DNA of 64,000 bases from Octopus vulgaris (lineage: Eukaryota), in contig OX597815.1 in assembly GCA_951406725.2 (NCBI GenBank), forward strand, positions 21,328,001 through 21,392,000, in the 5' to 3' direction. The notes under the pieces are model-generated. The model had not been told where the DNA came from and ran no database searches. It saw only the letters and a program-made list of their open reading frames with translations. The number at the start of each line of letters is the position of its first letter. Positions within the stretch are counted from its first letter, which is position 1. Made by a program: the position numbers and the translations under genes. Below are positions 1 to 13,090 of the stretch, in pieces.

Positions 1-168
1 TATACGACGGACTTCTTTTCAGTTTCCGTCTACCAAATCCACTCACAAGGCTTTGGTCGGCCCAAGGCTATAGTAGAAGAAACTTGCCCAAGGTGCCACA
101 CAGTGGGACTGAACCCGGAACCATGTGGTTGGTAAACAAGCTACTTACCACACAGCCACTCCTGCGCC
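1..168 (-). mobile_element. tRNA-derived SINE family A, 5' half
   Basis: Reverse complement of the head ggagtggctgtgtggtaag...gggttcagtccc...ccttgggcaag, seen in many copies in the window. Confidence 0.85.
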
Positions 169-315
169 TTCTATGTGTATTTATTCTTTTTGTTATCCCC
201 TTTATTCTTTCTTAGTAGTTTCCCACTATTCTCCAGTTTCCATGTCGCCTGCCCCATTATGACAAGACTGCTGATTGTAACTCCAGCTGGTACTATCCTT
301 GAAAGAAAACCTTAC

Positions 316-424
316 CTCAGCTTCTCTGTTATCATTAGCCTGTGACACAGATGGCACTGAAAAGGCAGTTTTATTTGCTCCTGCTTCAGACCTATGATCA
401 TTGTTACTCTGGGAACCAAATATA
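316..424 (-). CDS. Probable internal coding exon of an unidentified minus-strand gene (xIFGSQSNNDHRSEAGANKTAFSVPSVSQANDNREAE)
   Basis: On the minus strand: acceptor ctattttatag|, 109 nt open in one frame (1 nt + 36 codons), strong donor GAG|GTAAGG. Non-repetitive sequence; protein not recognised. Confidence 0.55.
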
Positions 425-758
425 CTATAAAATAGTAATTAAGTCAGTTTAATCAACTTTAGAGTTTCATGTTTATAAGATATGCAATAAAACAGTAATT
501 AATTAGCCAGTTTATTTAATCTTAATTACTACATGGAAGTAATGCATATAATTATGTATTTTGTTTGGTATCTGCCACTAGAATGCTTTCATTTTTTGCC
601 TTCACTTCCAAGGTTGAAATTAGTATGGTTGACTTGAAAACATTCATATTTGGTATCTTTGCTCTTTATTTTGTTGACCCTGGAGGGATGAAAGGCAAAG
701 TTGCCTTTGGCAGGATTTAAACTCAGAGTGTAAAAAGCCAAAAGAAATATCAAAAAAT

Positions 759-990
759 GGCGAGCTGACAGAAACGTTAGCACACCAGGCGAAATGCCTT
801 GTGGTATTTCGTCTGCCGCTGCATTCTGAGTTCAAATTCCACCAAGGTCGACTTTGCCTTTCATCCTTTCGGGGTTGATAAATTAAGCACCAGTTACACT
901 CTGGGGTCGATGTAATCAACTTAATCCATTTGTCTGTCCTTGTTTGTCCCCTCTATGTTTAGCCCCTTGTGGGTAGTAAAGAAATAAGAA
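759..990 (+). mobile_element. tRNA-derived SINE family B (Nin-domain-like core)
   Basis: ggcgagctg...gagttcaaattcc (B box), core gtcgactttgcctttcatcctttcggggttgataaattaag. Further copies at 13558-13786(-), 33090-33325(-), 48880-49283(-), 50105-50258(-), 60030-60418(-), 63770-64000(+). Confidence 0.8.
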
Positions 991-2151
991 ATATCACAAA
1001 GCATTTTCTCTAATGTTGGTGACTTGTCAAAATGTATAATTGCTTTAAAAATGTCAAAAGGCAGCCCTTTTCTTTGATGTTCAAATGTTTCAAAACCCTT
1101 TATTGGTGAAAAGAACAGCAAGTAGCTTTATTTTTTTTATAGAGAGGAAATATTTTCTGTGCAAGGCTATGTGAAACGTGACCATTCACAGGGAACAACA
1201 ATAATAATAATATTGTGAAGCAAAAAATAAACTACTTATGCAGATAAGAATTAATGATTGGAGAAAAGTACAGCAAATATTATCAGTGTTTACATTTAGT
1301 AATAAAATTTTTTTTTTATAATTCCAAAATAAGTAACAAAGATTTTTTTTTTAAAGTTCAATCTACTAAGCTAAAAACGGGATGTTTTATCTTGTAGATA
1401 CACTTAATGAACATACGATAACATTAGATAAATTTCTTTTAAATTGTGATTTTATTTTAGTAAAAGTTAGAGATAATTTTTATAAGTGTTTACTAGCTAG
1501 CTGTCAAAAATAGTAACACAAAAGAGGTTTATATCATTATTCTGTTATCTGAGTTCATGTTTCATGTGGGTTGGTCATGTCCTTTCTTTTGAAGTAGATA
1601 AGTCTCAGTAATATTCTGAGATTGATTCGAGTAGCACTGTTCCTAGATCAAGAGAAAACATACATTTATGCATCTAGTAGATCTTTAGATAGGGGAAATT
1701 GATAGCAAATACCAATTAGTAAACCTCAGATTTAACAAACCTTTCATTTTACCCAATCAGAAAACTGTTTTCTAAAACTGACATAATGTACCTCTGCATT
1801 TCCCTCAATTCAACATCAAAAATTTATAGATTAGCTGAATCAGTAGATCAGCAAACGAAATTCCCTGCAGTATTAGTTATGACCCTTCATATATTCAAAT
1901 CCAGTAAGGGTCACATTTACCTTCACCTTCTAAAGTCAACGTACTAGTCTAAAGTCAATGTACTAGTCATTTACAGGAGCAGTTTATATTCCTGTAATGC
2001 ATTCTAGATATGAATGAGATTATAACAGAAGACAAGCCAGGACCACCCTAAAACCACTGTAATACCCTTCATGCAACCAAGGGAAATTTTAGCAATTCAC
2101 TGTATTTCACTGGTTTATAATAATGAAATTATTGTATACAGTGCTTAGGTG

Positions 2152-2675
2152 TGTAACGAACTGTGTGAGTATCTTCTCTGGACCTTTTGGGGGTGCGAGA
2201 AGCAATCACTTTCCGTTGCTTTAATAATCCAGATTCTCTACCAGTCAGAAACAACAAGATGCAGACGTAAATAATATATATATCTACTTTATTCTCTTAT
2301 GACAGTAACAAATAAGTGGTATATCTGGGTATCCCTTTGGTATAGATGTGTCAGAGCTGAACTATATCGCTGTAGAATTTACAGTGTTCAAATGCTAACG
2401 ACACTGGTCAAAGATGGCATCCGGAAAGAAGAAGATGATGTTGTCTGCAACAATTTGGTTAAAAGCCTTCGGCCGACTGCTATCAAAAATGGACAGCGAG
2501 AAAATATACGTCCGTTGCCCTCGGTCGCTTTGTCTCAAGTCACTGCTGACTGCTGCTACTTCACTCTGGACCCCTTTAAGGTTCACGCTCCCCTGCCTCG
2601 CGGCTAACTGCCACGTAGGCAAAAGGGTTCTTCTTCCGGTGCTTCGCGCATGCGCCGCTGTATAGCGTCACTACA
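2152..2675 (-). repeat. 3' LTR
   Basis: Direct repeat of 4208-4731 with TGTA...TACA ends. Confidence 0.95.
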
Positions 2676-2869
2676 CATCTCCACCCCAGTGCGAAGCACG
2701 ACACAAAATTCCTTGTAGTGACTATAAAACTCAAGGTGGATACCAGATAACCAAATAGCACACAATATAATAAAAATGGCAAAATTTACAACATACACAA
2801 GAAATTTACCAAAAGGAAAAAAGAGAAAAAATACTCAAAATGAGCAAAAATCAAAAGTGCATGCGTGAA

Positions 2870-3031
2870 GGTGGATACGTCACAAAGTATAGAGCCTTCC
2901 GCTGTAGGGAGCGGGAGGAAAGCAAACTCACAGTTAATGAACCTAGGCGAAGTTAAATCCAACTCCTCTAAAGGTGGTTGGTCCTGCGAAATAGCAGTTA
3001 AATCAATTGCTGCAGGAGAGGAAATGGAATC
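2870..3031 (-). pseudogene. Gypsy pol remnant (RNase H-integrase linker)
   Basis: Translates DSISSPAAIDLTAISQDQPPLEELDLTSPRFINCEFAFLPLPTAEGSILCDVST; the ID...Q and ILCDVST pattern resembles the linker before the integrase zinc finger. Confidence 0.7.
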
Positions 3032-4187
3032 GACAGATAGATCGTCAGTAACACAAAAGGCAAAAGTGCAAGCATGCTGGTGTGATGCGTGACACAGATA
3101 ATTTTCTCTGTTAATTACGTGACCAACAGGGGGAAATTACGCCTAAAACATGACGCAGCGCATGTGAACATCCGACATTCTATGAGTCGGGAAAAGAATT
3201 AAGCTAACGCAAACGTGTTGCAAAAACAAGGCAGTACACGTGCAGAGCAAAGGCGCATGAAATGCAATAGGGCTTGCCAGACCGAAAAAACAGCAATGAA
3301 TATGCCAGTGGTTGAGCGATTATATGCCTCGTTCGTACAGGAACAAAAGTATGACATGCTGGCGCGTTATAATGGACAAACAACCCTCTTTATGTATACG
3401 TGACCCCTAGGGTCTATAGAAATGAGGTGTGTCCACAAAAGGCAAATTTAGCATGGAAAAAAACAAGCGAGAAAAGCATGTGTGACGTATGTATGTGAGA
3501 GAGATAGCATTTATGTGTGTGTACGTGTGTGCGACAGAAATACATACAAGGTGAATGCGAGCAAAAATAAAAATACAGCACATAGGAAAAATGTCTCTCA
3601 GGGCTATTTCAGACAATGGAGTTAATTTACCAGTCTGTAATAGCCTGATGCACAATAGCAGTTCGTTCTGTAACAGAATGTTGAGATCACAAATGCAGAT
3701 GCCGATTGGACACATATCGTGTAACGGCTGTGGCTTCAATGCTGTGACAGGTTAACTGGAACAGAAGAATCTCGCAGATAGTGCTGGGCTGTTAATTCCT
3801 TGGTGTGCCATGCACAAACAGCAAGTGGGCTAAACTTCCGCGAGTTGCTATTTACATCTTGTTGTGTCGACGGTGTTGAAGGGCGACGGTGGTGGTGGAA
3901 GGCGACTGTAGTGTGGACTTGAGACAACATTGTTCTTAGTGTTGATGGCGACGAAGATAACGACGACGTGAAGTTCTAAGACGACGATGACGACGGTAGA
4001 GAAAAGGCATCGATGATATGATGGCGTCCGTCATCATTGTTGAAGAATAAGAAAAGGGCTCCTTCTATAATGGTCCGAGAGGACGGAAACAAATCGTTGA
4101 AAGATGAATGCGTAGAGTTAATCGTGTTCCGACTTCGCAGAAAAACTGGATTTCTTTGTTGATAAGTGATCTCTGGTTTTAGGCCAG

Positions 4188-4206
4188 AATCACGTCGGGG
4201 TCACCA
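4188..4206 (-). other. Primer-binding site complementary to the tRNA-Trp 3' end
   Basis: Minus strand reads TGGTGACCCCGACGTGATT, 1 nt inside the LTR; this is the classical tRNA-Trp PBS sequence. Confidence 0.9.
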
Positions 4207-4207
4207 G

Positions 4208-4731
4208 TGTAACGAACTGTGTGAGTATCTTCTCTGGACCTTTTGGGGGTGCGAGAAGCAATCACTTTCCGTTGCTTTAATAATCCAGATTCTCTACCAG
4301 TCAGAAACAACAAGATGCAGACGTAAATAATATATATATCTACTTTATTCTCTTATGACAGTAACAAATAAGTGGTATATCTGGGTATCCCTTTGGTATA
4401 GATGTGTCAGAGCTGAACTATATCGCTGTAGAATTTACAGTGTTCAAATGCTAACGACACTGGTCAAAGATGGCGTCCGGAAAGAAGAAGATGATGTTGT
4501 CTGCAACAATTTGGTTAAAAGCCTTCGGCCGACTGCTATCAAAAATGGACAGCGAGAAAATATACGTCCGTTGCCCTCGGTCGCTTTGTCTCAAGTCACT
4601 GCTGACTGCTGCTACTTCACTCTGGACCCCTTTAAGGTTCACGCTCCCCTGCCTCGCGGCTAACTGCCACGTAGGCAAAAGGGTTCTTCTTCCGGTGCTT
4701 CACGCATGCGCCGCTGTATAGCGTCACTACA
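4208..4731 (-). repeat. 5' LTR
   Basis: Direct repeat of 2152-2675; followed on the minus strand by the PBS. Confidence 0.95.
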
Positions 4732-6128
4732 GGTGCACCACAACTTGTCAAAAGTGCATATTAAGCATATGCAGTAATGTACAAATGTCTGGAAAGTGAA
4801 CAGTGTATGAGTCAGATACATGCTTGCATGTGTATGGAGGGAGAAAATCAGGTGTAGTGTTGGCGAATCTCAGGAAGCATGGAAGTTTTGAAGGATGCAG
4901 TGCTCCGACAACTAACAACTGATGCCGGCAGTTTGTTCCATGCTTCAGCAACTCTCAGCGTGAAAAAATGTTTATAAAACCAAGAAGAAAGCAGTAACAC
5001 TCAGCCAAGCTCTAGCTCTATATAGTAAACTCAAAGTTGTTCTTCTCCTCTCTCTTCTCTCTCGCTCTCTCTCTCTTTCTTTCTTTCTCTCTCTTCCTTT
5101 CTTTTTTTGTCTCTCTCACTCACAAAATACTGCCAGAGCAAGGAGCATGCAGATTTGATCATTCTCAAGTTTCAGTTAGCCTTATTAAGTTGCTACCTCA
5201 AATCAAGCCTGAATATTTTTTTTATTCAATTAGAATATCTGGAAACAGCTTGGTATATGTGAATCAATTAAAACATCTTGTGGGGTGGGAGTGATGACAT
5301 CAGCAAAAATCTAGCCAATGAACAACTGTACCTTAACATAGCAAAAATTGTTGATTGAAAATCAGTCAAGCATTAATTTGATTTATCACAGCTTATAAAT
5401 AATGGGCTTTAAACAACAAGTTAGAACAGACAAGAAACTCATAGAAAGAGGAGACTGCCAGCCAGGGTCAGACAGTGCTAGATTGATGGCAGGTGGGGAG
5501 AGATGTAGTCATGCATGAAATTTGGTTAAGTTCAGGGTCAATTATTTTCAACAAGTAGACTTGTTTACACTAACATTCTTAGGCATGCCATGACTCCATT
5601 ACTAATAACTTAAAAATCCAACATAGTTAATGACACCTGCATTTATTCATTTACCTTCTCTCTCACCCCACCTCACGCCCCCCTCTCTCTCTCTCCATCT
5701 TTTGTTGTGTAATATATTTCAACAATTTTTTAACAGGTCGCGGTCTTAAAGCCACAAAAATATTTTGACAAATTAAACTTTAATAATATTTAATTATAAA
5801 AATATAACTGGATTTTTTTTTTAGCATCAAATGGCTTATGGGGAACCCCACGGGGTAAAATAAGAATCAAAGGGGTCTACAGGTAAAAAAAGATATGGTT
5901 GAGAAACACTGCACAACATGATGGAACATTCATCATTGTTGAAACATTGGATAAACCAGTCACAAAACATTGCTTTGCCTAGTGTAAGTCATTTTCCACT
6001 TCCTGGGCCTGACGCAGTCAACTGTCATAGAGGAGAGTGACTACTTTGGTACAACCACGATGACAGACACATGCATTTCTAGTTAAAGGGATTATAATTC
6101 AATCTCCTCATTTGCCCTCCCTCCTTTC

Positions 6129-6184
<56 letters not shown>

Positions 6185-6203
6185 CTATCTCTATCTATAT
6201 ATC

Positions 6204-7908
6204 TCTATATACAGGTTGGCCAAAAGTCACCCGAAAGTAAATCAAAATTCCATAAATACTATCTGTATCCTATCTGTATTGACTGGAATGGAGTCATTCA
6301 AGAAAGACTTCAGTTTGAACAATTTTCTTGATGTTTCATATTTAGATGCTTTTATTAAATTCATTCAGTTGTTAAACATAAATACATCTTGGAATTAAAT
6401 GGGTTTTTTTATTTACTGTCAGGTGAGTTTTGGCCAACCCTGCATATAAAATTCTTTGTTTCTCTGTCTGTCTGTTCGCTATGCATTCTCAAATGGCTCC
6501 ACCAAATAAAATAAAATTTTACAACACATAATTTTAATTTTCATTTGAATTAAAATATAACTTTATCTAGAGATAATCTTTCTATAGTCAACAATAGTAA
6601 AGGACATTTTATACCACAATGATGATGATGACGACGTCACATTTTGTACAAGAGTGTGTATGAGTGTGTCTGTATGTGTATTTGCATATTCATTATGTAC
6701 GACATAAAGAGCATTTTATATCATGATGACAACACATTTTGTATATGAGTGTATATGCCTGTCAGAGTGTGTGTGTTTGCACATTCATTACGTATGAGAT
6801 AGTAAAGGACATTTTATACCATAACAATGAGGATGACGACACATTTTGTATATGTGTGTGTATGTATCTGTGAGCGTGTATATGTGTTTGTGCCTTCCTT
6901 ACGTACGAGATACTAGAGGACATTTATACCACAACAACAACGATGATGACACATTTTGTATATGAGTGTATATGTGTCTGTTAGTGTATGTGTTTGTGCA
7001 TTTGGAACATATGACATAGTAAAGGACATTTTATACCACCACCACAAATTTTGTATATAAGTGTGTGTGTTTTTGCACGTTCATTACATATGAGATAGTA
7101 AAGGATATTTTATACCACCATCATGATACATTTTGTATATGAGTATGTATGTCTGTGAGTGTGTATGTTTGTACATTTGTTGCATAAATGTATGTTTGTG
7201 TGTGTCTGTCTTAGTATGTGTACATGAGTGTATGTGTCAGTGTATGAGAGAGTGTATGTGTGTGTGAATTGTCAATTACACTGATGTAACCTGGTTATGT
7301 GAAAGAGCTATACTGACTCTAACTAATAAAATGGTTGATGTACTCAATCATGAACCTCTTCAAAATTTAACAGATACATCAGAAATGACTTTTCTATCAA
7401 GAATCAGTCACGATCAGGCTGTTCAATATCCTGTTGAATTTCTGAACACACTTAATCCTACTGGGGTGCCACCGCATAACTTGACACTAAAGCTAGATAC
7501 TCCCATTAGGTTGCTTAGGAATCTTGCTTGTGTAATGGAACTCACTTAATTGTTACTTCCATGAAGCCCGATGTCTTACAGGCAGCAATCATAACAAGTA
7601 GTCACGAAGAAGAAAATGTCTTTATTCCAAAATTTCCTCTCATACCTACAGTTGTTCCATTTAGCAGCAACAGTTTATTCATTTGAACACCAACAAAAAA
7701 TTTCACAATGAATATTGTTTATCCTAAGGTGCTTTAAGATTGACAGATTTTCAGTTCCAAATTCTATTATTGTTACAATTTTTATATTTTTTAATGAAAT
7801 ATAGATATCTTGAAATAATTATGAGAAAAAAATATATCTGCATATTTATTGTTTACTAATCTCAATAAGAACAGCAGTATCCCAGGTAATGCCAGGTAAT
7901 TCAGCTAG
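6204..7908 (+). mobile_element. Non-autonomous Helitron with a Pif1 helicase remnant and an internal tandem array
   Basis: TC-TATA 5' end; about 6 tandem units of 80-110 bp (gtaaaggacattttatacc...) at 6595-7180; helicase peptide YPVEFLNTLNPTGVPPHNLTLKLDTPIRLLRNL at 7331-7549; subterminal GC-rich element then CTAG|T at 7905-7908. Confidence 0.8.
6212..6442. mobile_element. Tc1/mariner-type MITE nested in the Helitron 5' end
   Basis: TIRs caggttggccaaaagtcacc / ggtgagttttggccaaccctg in a TA context. Confidence 0.75.
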
Positions 7909-9107
7909 TTAATGAATATATCAGATCTATGATGAATAATTCAAGCCATTTCTTTTTTTTTTTATAAGTCTAGTCATGAGGGAGAGATTTGTGCCCATAA
8001 CTTTCTGGTGCCACCTTAAAATATTTGAACATCTGTAGGTGTGTAGGTATGAAAGAAATGTCAAAGAGTTAATGCTGAGAGGAACAGGAATGCAATTTTC
8101 ATTTTTGTCTTTTTTAAGGTTTGGATTTAGGAAGGGAAGTCAGAGTAGTAATCTATGATTCATTAGTCATTCCTAAATGCTAGTTCAAGCCCTGTTAGCA
8201 ATCATGCAGTGACTGTAGGCTGACTTCTTAAAATCCTCTTCTTGCTGAAGCATCAGTCATGAACTGAGGAAGGAAAGAAGCCTGTCATATATATACATGA
8301 CAGGATGACAGGTTTCTTTCAGTTTCTGTCTCCCAAATCCATTCCCAAGGCTTTGGTTAACCTGGGGCTATAGTAGAGGACTGTTGCTCAAGGTTCCATT
8401 CAGTGGGACTGAACCTGAGACCATGTGGTTGGAGAGCAAACTTCTTACCACACAACCACCATGTCTGCATCTATAAAAATGGTAATTTAATATTTTGTAG
8501 CATGAGGAGGAAGAGGCTGCATTTTTTATATAAGGGTTGGTGACAGGGAGAGTATCCATCTGAACAGAATCTCTGAACCTTGCAAGTATGGAAAAGTGGA
8601 TGTTTCATTTATTATGTGATTGATATTTTCAACCAAAATGTTACAACTATATCTGATGGTCAAAGTGTTTCACTTCTGTGTATATACATATATTTACTCA
8701 ACAGCTGACAGGTATCACTGGTTTCTCACATAGTTTTAATGTGCCATTTCCTATCATTAGTAATACTAGCAGATATGCTAGTATACTAAAAATCAATTCA
8801 AATGACTATACACTTCCTGTTTCCATATAATTAGCAGTTATGTTGACAAAACAGAAACTGGTCTTGCAGATGACTAAGCATAGACCTTGTACTAAAACTA
8901 AATTTAAATTAATGATCTACCTGGATTACACATATAGGTATGTACATAATGAGACTTTGGAAGAATGATTCATTTTAAATCTCTTGATAAGATCTTAGGT
9001 AGAAGGCGTAAAATGTTTCTTCCAGGAATATAGTGCAACATCTATAATCTACTTCATTGAGTTGAGTCAGCCAGGAGGCATCAACACAGTCACTCGATCA
9101 GTGAAAG

Positions 9108-9616
9108 CAGTGTATCTCAACTATTTTTTACCTATGGATCCCTTTGATTCTTATATTACTTAAAAAATCATTCTATATTTTCATCATTAAATATTATTAG
9201 GAATTGTATCAGAAAATTATTAGAATATTTTGTGTATTGTAGAAGTTTAAGCAATTTATTGCAGATAAATCTTAACAATAACATCTTGCAGAGATTGTTG
9301 CCATTGCCAGCTTCGCCTGGCACCTGTGCCAGTGGTACATAAAAAGCACCCACTACACTCATGGAGTGGTTGGCGTTAGGAAGGGCATCCAGCTGTAGAA
9401 ACACTGCCAGATCAGACTGGAGCCTGGTGCAGCCTCCTGGCTTCCCAGACCCTGGTCAAACCATCCAACCCATGCTAGCATGGGAAAAGGACATTAAACG
9501 ACGACGACAATGACCATCATCATCATCATCATCATCTTCTTCTTCTTCTTTTTCTTCTTCTTCTTCTTCTTACAGAGACTCCAAAGGGCCATATGGATCC
9601 CAGTTGAGAACCACTG
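9108..9616. mobile_element. hAT (Charlie-like) MITE with a nested family C insertion (9297-9535)
   Basis: Ends cagtgtatctcaac ... gttgagaaccactg; TSD not recognisable. Confidence 0.55.
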
Positions 9617-10623
9617 AGCTAAATTAACAGCCAAAACTCATCCTCAAACCACACCGTAATGAATTTTTTTTTTAAAGTAAGGAAGGGAAATCATGTCAAA
9701 TATTCTAGTCTGAGATACTCTATGTTTAAAAAAAGAATTATCATAGCTAGGATTTCTTTGATCAGAGGTCTGCTTATTTAGGGCTAATCTGAGTTGTCAT
9801 TGAGTCTTTTACAGAAGCAAGTTTTGGACTTAAAAGCTTGAAGAACCATAAAAAGCTAACATAAAGCATCTAATTTGTCAACACCCTCTAGGGATTTTTG
9901 TAATGGCTTAGTCATTGGAAGATGGGCTGTATTTATGGTCACTTTCAGGGCACCACACTGGTGAATGGAAAAGACATTATTCTCAGACCAGAGACTGACC
10001 TGAATGCTTGCAACAGAGTGTATTCCTGCTAAAGACATACACAAGTCAGGTGAAATATTAAACCAGGTGATGGATTATGTCTACCAACCAATCAAGTACA
10101 AGAATAGTTCTTCCAGCAAGCTTCTGCTAAGTTACACTCAACAAGCTATGCAGTGGGATTGAGCCTAAAAACCATATGTTTATAAAACTATGAAACAGAC
10201 TAATTCAAATAGACTTTCTAATCTACAACCAAACAGATTTTAAGTCATACTATCTCATCCTTGACATATGTAAATTTTATTTTTTACTTTTTTTTATAAA
10301 AGCAGTGCATTTGTTGTTGCTTACCCTTCAGTCAACATCGATCAGGCAAACCTATAAGCAAAATGTTCCAGCCATGACCATCTTGTTTTAAAGGTATATC
10401 TAGAACTGTATTGTATAATTTCTTTATTTAAAGATGGTAAGATGTAATTTTGGGGAGATTTAGCTGCTATTTTTAGCAGATCTAACGACCATGCTGAGGC
10501 TCACCAGTGGGTTTCTTGTTTCTTGATGGTGGGGCTTCAAGATATCAATGACTAAGCAGCTTGAGCCAATAAAAAAGTATGTGAGACATAACGGATCAAT
10601 GCATATATAGTGGAGAGTATAGT

Positions 10624-10950
10624 CATCATCATTTAATGTCCGTTTTCCATGCTAGCACGGGTCGGACGGTTCAACTGGGGTCTGGAAAGCCAGGAGGCTG
10701 CACCAGGCTCCAGTTTGATCTGGCAGTGTTTCTACAACTGGATGCCCTTCCTAACGCCAACCACTCTGTGAGTGTAGTGGGTGCTTTTTACGTGCCACCG
10801 GCACAGGTGCCAGGAGAGGCTGGCAACGGCCATGATCGGTTGGTGCTTTTTACGTGCACCCGACACAGAAGCCAGTCAAGGCGGCACTGGCATCAGCTAC
10901 ATTCAGATGGTGCTTTTTACGTGCCACCAGCACAGGTATCACAACTACAA
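10624..10950 (-). mobile_element. Family C retroposon (RTE-type 3' tail ending in (ATG)n)
   Basis: aaaagcacccactacactc...ccatgctagcatgg...ggacgttaaatgatgatg. Further copies at 30570-30805, 40265-40490, 45327-45648(-), 46420-46835, 47390-47783, 48430-48708, 51138-51555(-), 53018-53209, 56950-57168, 59322-59500. Confidence 0.85.
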
Positions 10951-11660
10951 TTTCTATATATCTGGTATCTATTTTATCAACTTTGAGGATAAAAGTTGGA
11001 CTCTAAGAAATTTGAATACGTTATGTAACAGAACAAAACTATATACTGCAAGATATTTAGACTGGTACTTTATTATTTCTGCCAGTTACTAACCCTAGTA
11101 TATATTACAACTACTCCAGAAAACAAAGATTGTGAACTCAGTTGCCCAACCTGTTAGAAATAGCATCCAAATTTCCTCAAATCTTGCTCAGTTCTCTTAA
11201 AATAAATGAAGGATGCATCTGCTAATACAGGAAGAAAATGGGATATTAAACAAATGCATGAAAGGCAGCTTTAAAGGTATTAGAACTCAGAATAGGGATG
11301 TAATGAACAAGATATAGAAAAACTCTAGCACAACAATCCCCCCCTCTCTCTCTCTTTCTTTCTCATCTCTTCACATACTTTACTTATTGAGATATACTTT
11401 TGTTTGTATGCTGATAAACAGATGTGCTAATAGGTCACATGTGAAGTGACCTATCATACTAGAATAATAGGTGAGTCATAATTCTACATTTGGCAGTATC
11501 TTTCACAATGAAAATAAAACCTATTTTTTTTATATTCCAAATAAGATTCATAGCTGTTCTTTTAAACAACACATGTAATATGAAAAAGATATCTTTAGTA
11601 TCCATTGCATAACATAACATTGATTTTTAAGAAATTATTTCTATTATATATATATATATA

Positions 11661-11909
11661 TAAAATTATAAATTAGGGTATCTATGAGATACCACCATGC
11701 TGAAAATAGCAGCCATGATCTAACTCTAAAACCACCTTAATTGTCCATGGTGGTTTTAAAGTCAGATCATGGCTGCTATTTTCAGCATGGTGGTATCTCA
11801 TAGATACCCTAATTTATAATTTTAATAATTATTACCTTTGAAGATTATTTTTTCCATGCTGACCACTTGATAAAATCGTTGTTTTATTTTTAAATTGACG
11901 ATCTTATCC

Positions 11910-11915
<6 letters not shown>
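11661..11915. mobile_element. (TA)n-flanked insertion with a 76-bp fold-back inverted repeat
   Basis: Arms 11661-11736 and 11749-11824 (2 mismatches), 12-nt loop, TA microsatellites on both sides. Confidence 0.75.
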
Positions 11916-11945
<30 letters not shown>

Positions 11946-12716
11946 CATTAGTAATTTTATAACAAACTGCTTCATTGCTGTGGACGGTTTTGTTTTCCTC
12001 TGCAAATGAAAGCTATCAACCACTTTAAGTATCAATTCACTTTAAGCAGAAAAAGGGAATTAAATTCAATGATTCAATCAATGATTGAGACCATTTTGCA
12101 AACATAGCTTTCCAAACAACTACCACCACCACCACCACCACCACCACCACCTCTTCTTCTTCTTCTTCTTACTACTACTACTACTACTTTTTCCTCTTCT
12201 GTAGGAAATTGAGGTTTAAATGAACAGATCTCTGATCAATGGTAATCCAACCATGATCATCCCATCTTTATTTCAAACATTTTTATGTTATTCCTTCCTT
12301 TTTAAAGACAGTATGTTTTATGTGAAATTTAGCTGTTATTTCTAGCAGATCAAGCAACCATAAAGGGGTTTAATTCCATATCAGGCTTATTTTGATATAT
12401 TGTTGTAATTTTCATAGAAGAATGAGGAAACAGAAATTATGTGGTGTTCATGCCTGTCTGATACATATTAGCAATAAAGTTAATTGGTTTCTACTGTAAA
12501 TGGCAAATGGCTTGCTTATTTCTAACCTCAAAAGTACCAACCATATTACTCTCCATAAATTTTTATTTGACTACACACAAAGGCTTCATATTTTATGGGA
12601 GGAAATAACCACTTGGTCACAAATTTTGTAGCAGCGGGTATAGCCATGTGAATCAATCAAATATATATATATATTTTTATAATTTGTATTCTTACCTTAT
12701 ATGTATTGAATTATAA

Positions 12717-13090
12717 GATATAATAATAATAATAATAATTGTGTACAGTGCTCAGGTGCACTACAACTCATCTAAAGTGTATATATAATCAGGTGTAGTT
12801 TCGGCGGATTTCGGAAAGCATGAGGGCCTTAAAGGATGCAGTGTCATGGCAGTCAACAACTGACGCAGGCAGTTTATTCCATGCTTCAGCAACTCTGAGC
12901 GTGAAAAAATGTTTCCGAAAGTCATGGGAACTGTGTTGTTTTCTGACTTTGTAGGCATGTCCACGTGTGTTAGACACATGGAGATCAAAAAGGTGTTCAG
13001 TGTTGTTGTTGGTGAGGTGGTTGATAACCTTGTGGGTGTTTACCAAGTCCGTCACCAGACGCCGGAGCTTCAGTGAATCCATGCCCAGGG
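12717..13090 (-). mobile_element. CR1 LINE 3' fragment
   Basis: ORF 12789-13082 contains TRGHAYKVRKQHSSHDFRKHFFTLRVAEAWNKLP; (TTA)n tail; inserted into the (TA)n-flanked element at 12675-13380. Confidence 0.9.

Larger units (their letters stand above)
2152..4731 (-). mobile_element. Non-autonomous (internally deleted) Ty3/Gypsy LTR retrotransposon, CsRn1-clade-like
   Basis: 524-bp TG...CA LTRs at 2152-2675 and 4208-4731 (2 differences seen); 4-bp TSD GGTG (2148-2151, 4732-4735); PBS at 4188-4206; PPT ggggtggagatg next to the 3' LTR; pol remnant at 2870-3031. Confidence 0.93.
2116..4975 (-). mobile_element. CR1 LINE 3' end, interrupted by the LTR element
   Basis: Flanks rejoin as attgtatacagtgcttaggtg|caccacaacttgtcaaaag, matching the CR1 3' UTR at 23660-23925; ORF2 end FFTLRVAEAWNKLP lies at about 4900-4975. 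Confidence 0.8.

Noticed and set aside
4188-4206. Perfect match to the tRNA-Trp 3' end including CCA
   Set aside because: Only 19 nt and adjacent to an LTR, so it is a primer-binding site and not a tRNA gene.
6595-7180. Repeat-spacer-like array suggestive of CRISPR
   Set aside because: Whole units are homologous and degenerate, lie inside a Helitron, and no cas genes are present in this eukaryotic DNA.
9861-10030. Possible minus-strand exon (GIHSVASIQV...DKLDAL)
   Set aside because: Its phase-1 donor is incompatible with the 316-424 exon, no homology is recognisable, and the splice signals are modest.
11421-11470. AG...GTGAGT-bounded segment with an AGGTCA-N9-TGACCT inverted repeat
   Set aside because: Stops in all three frames; a 9-bp inverted repeat is expected by chance in 64 kb.
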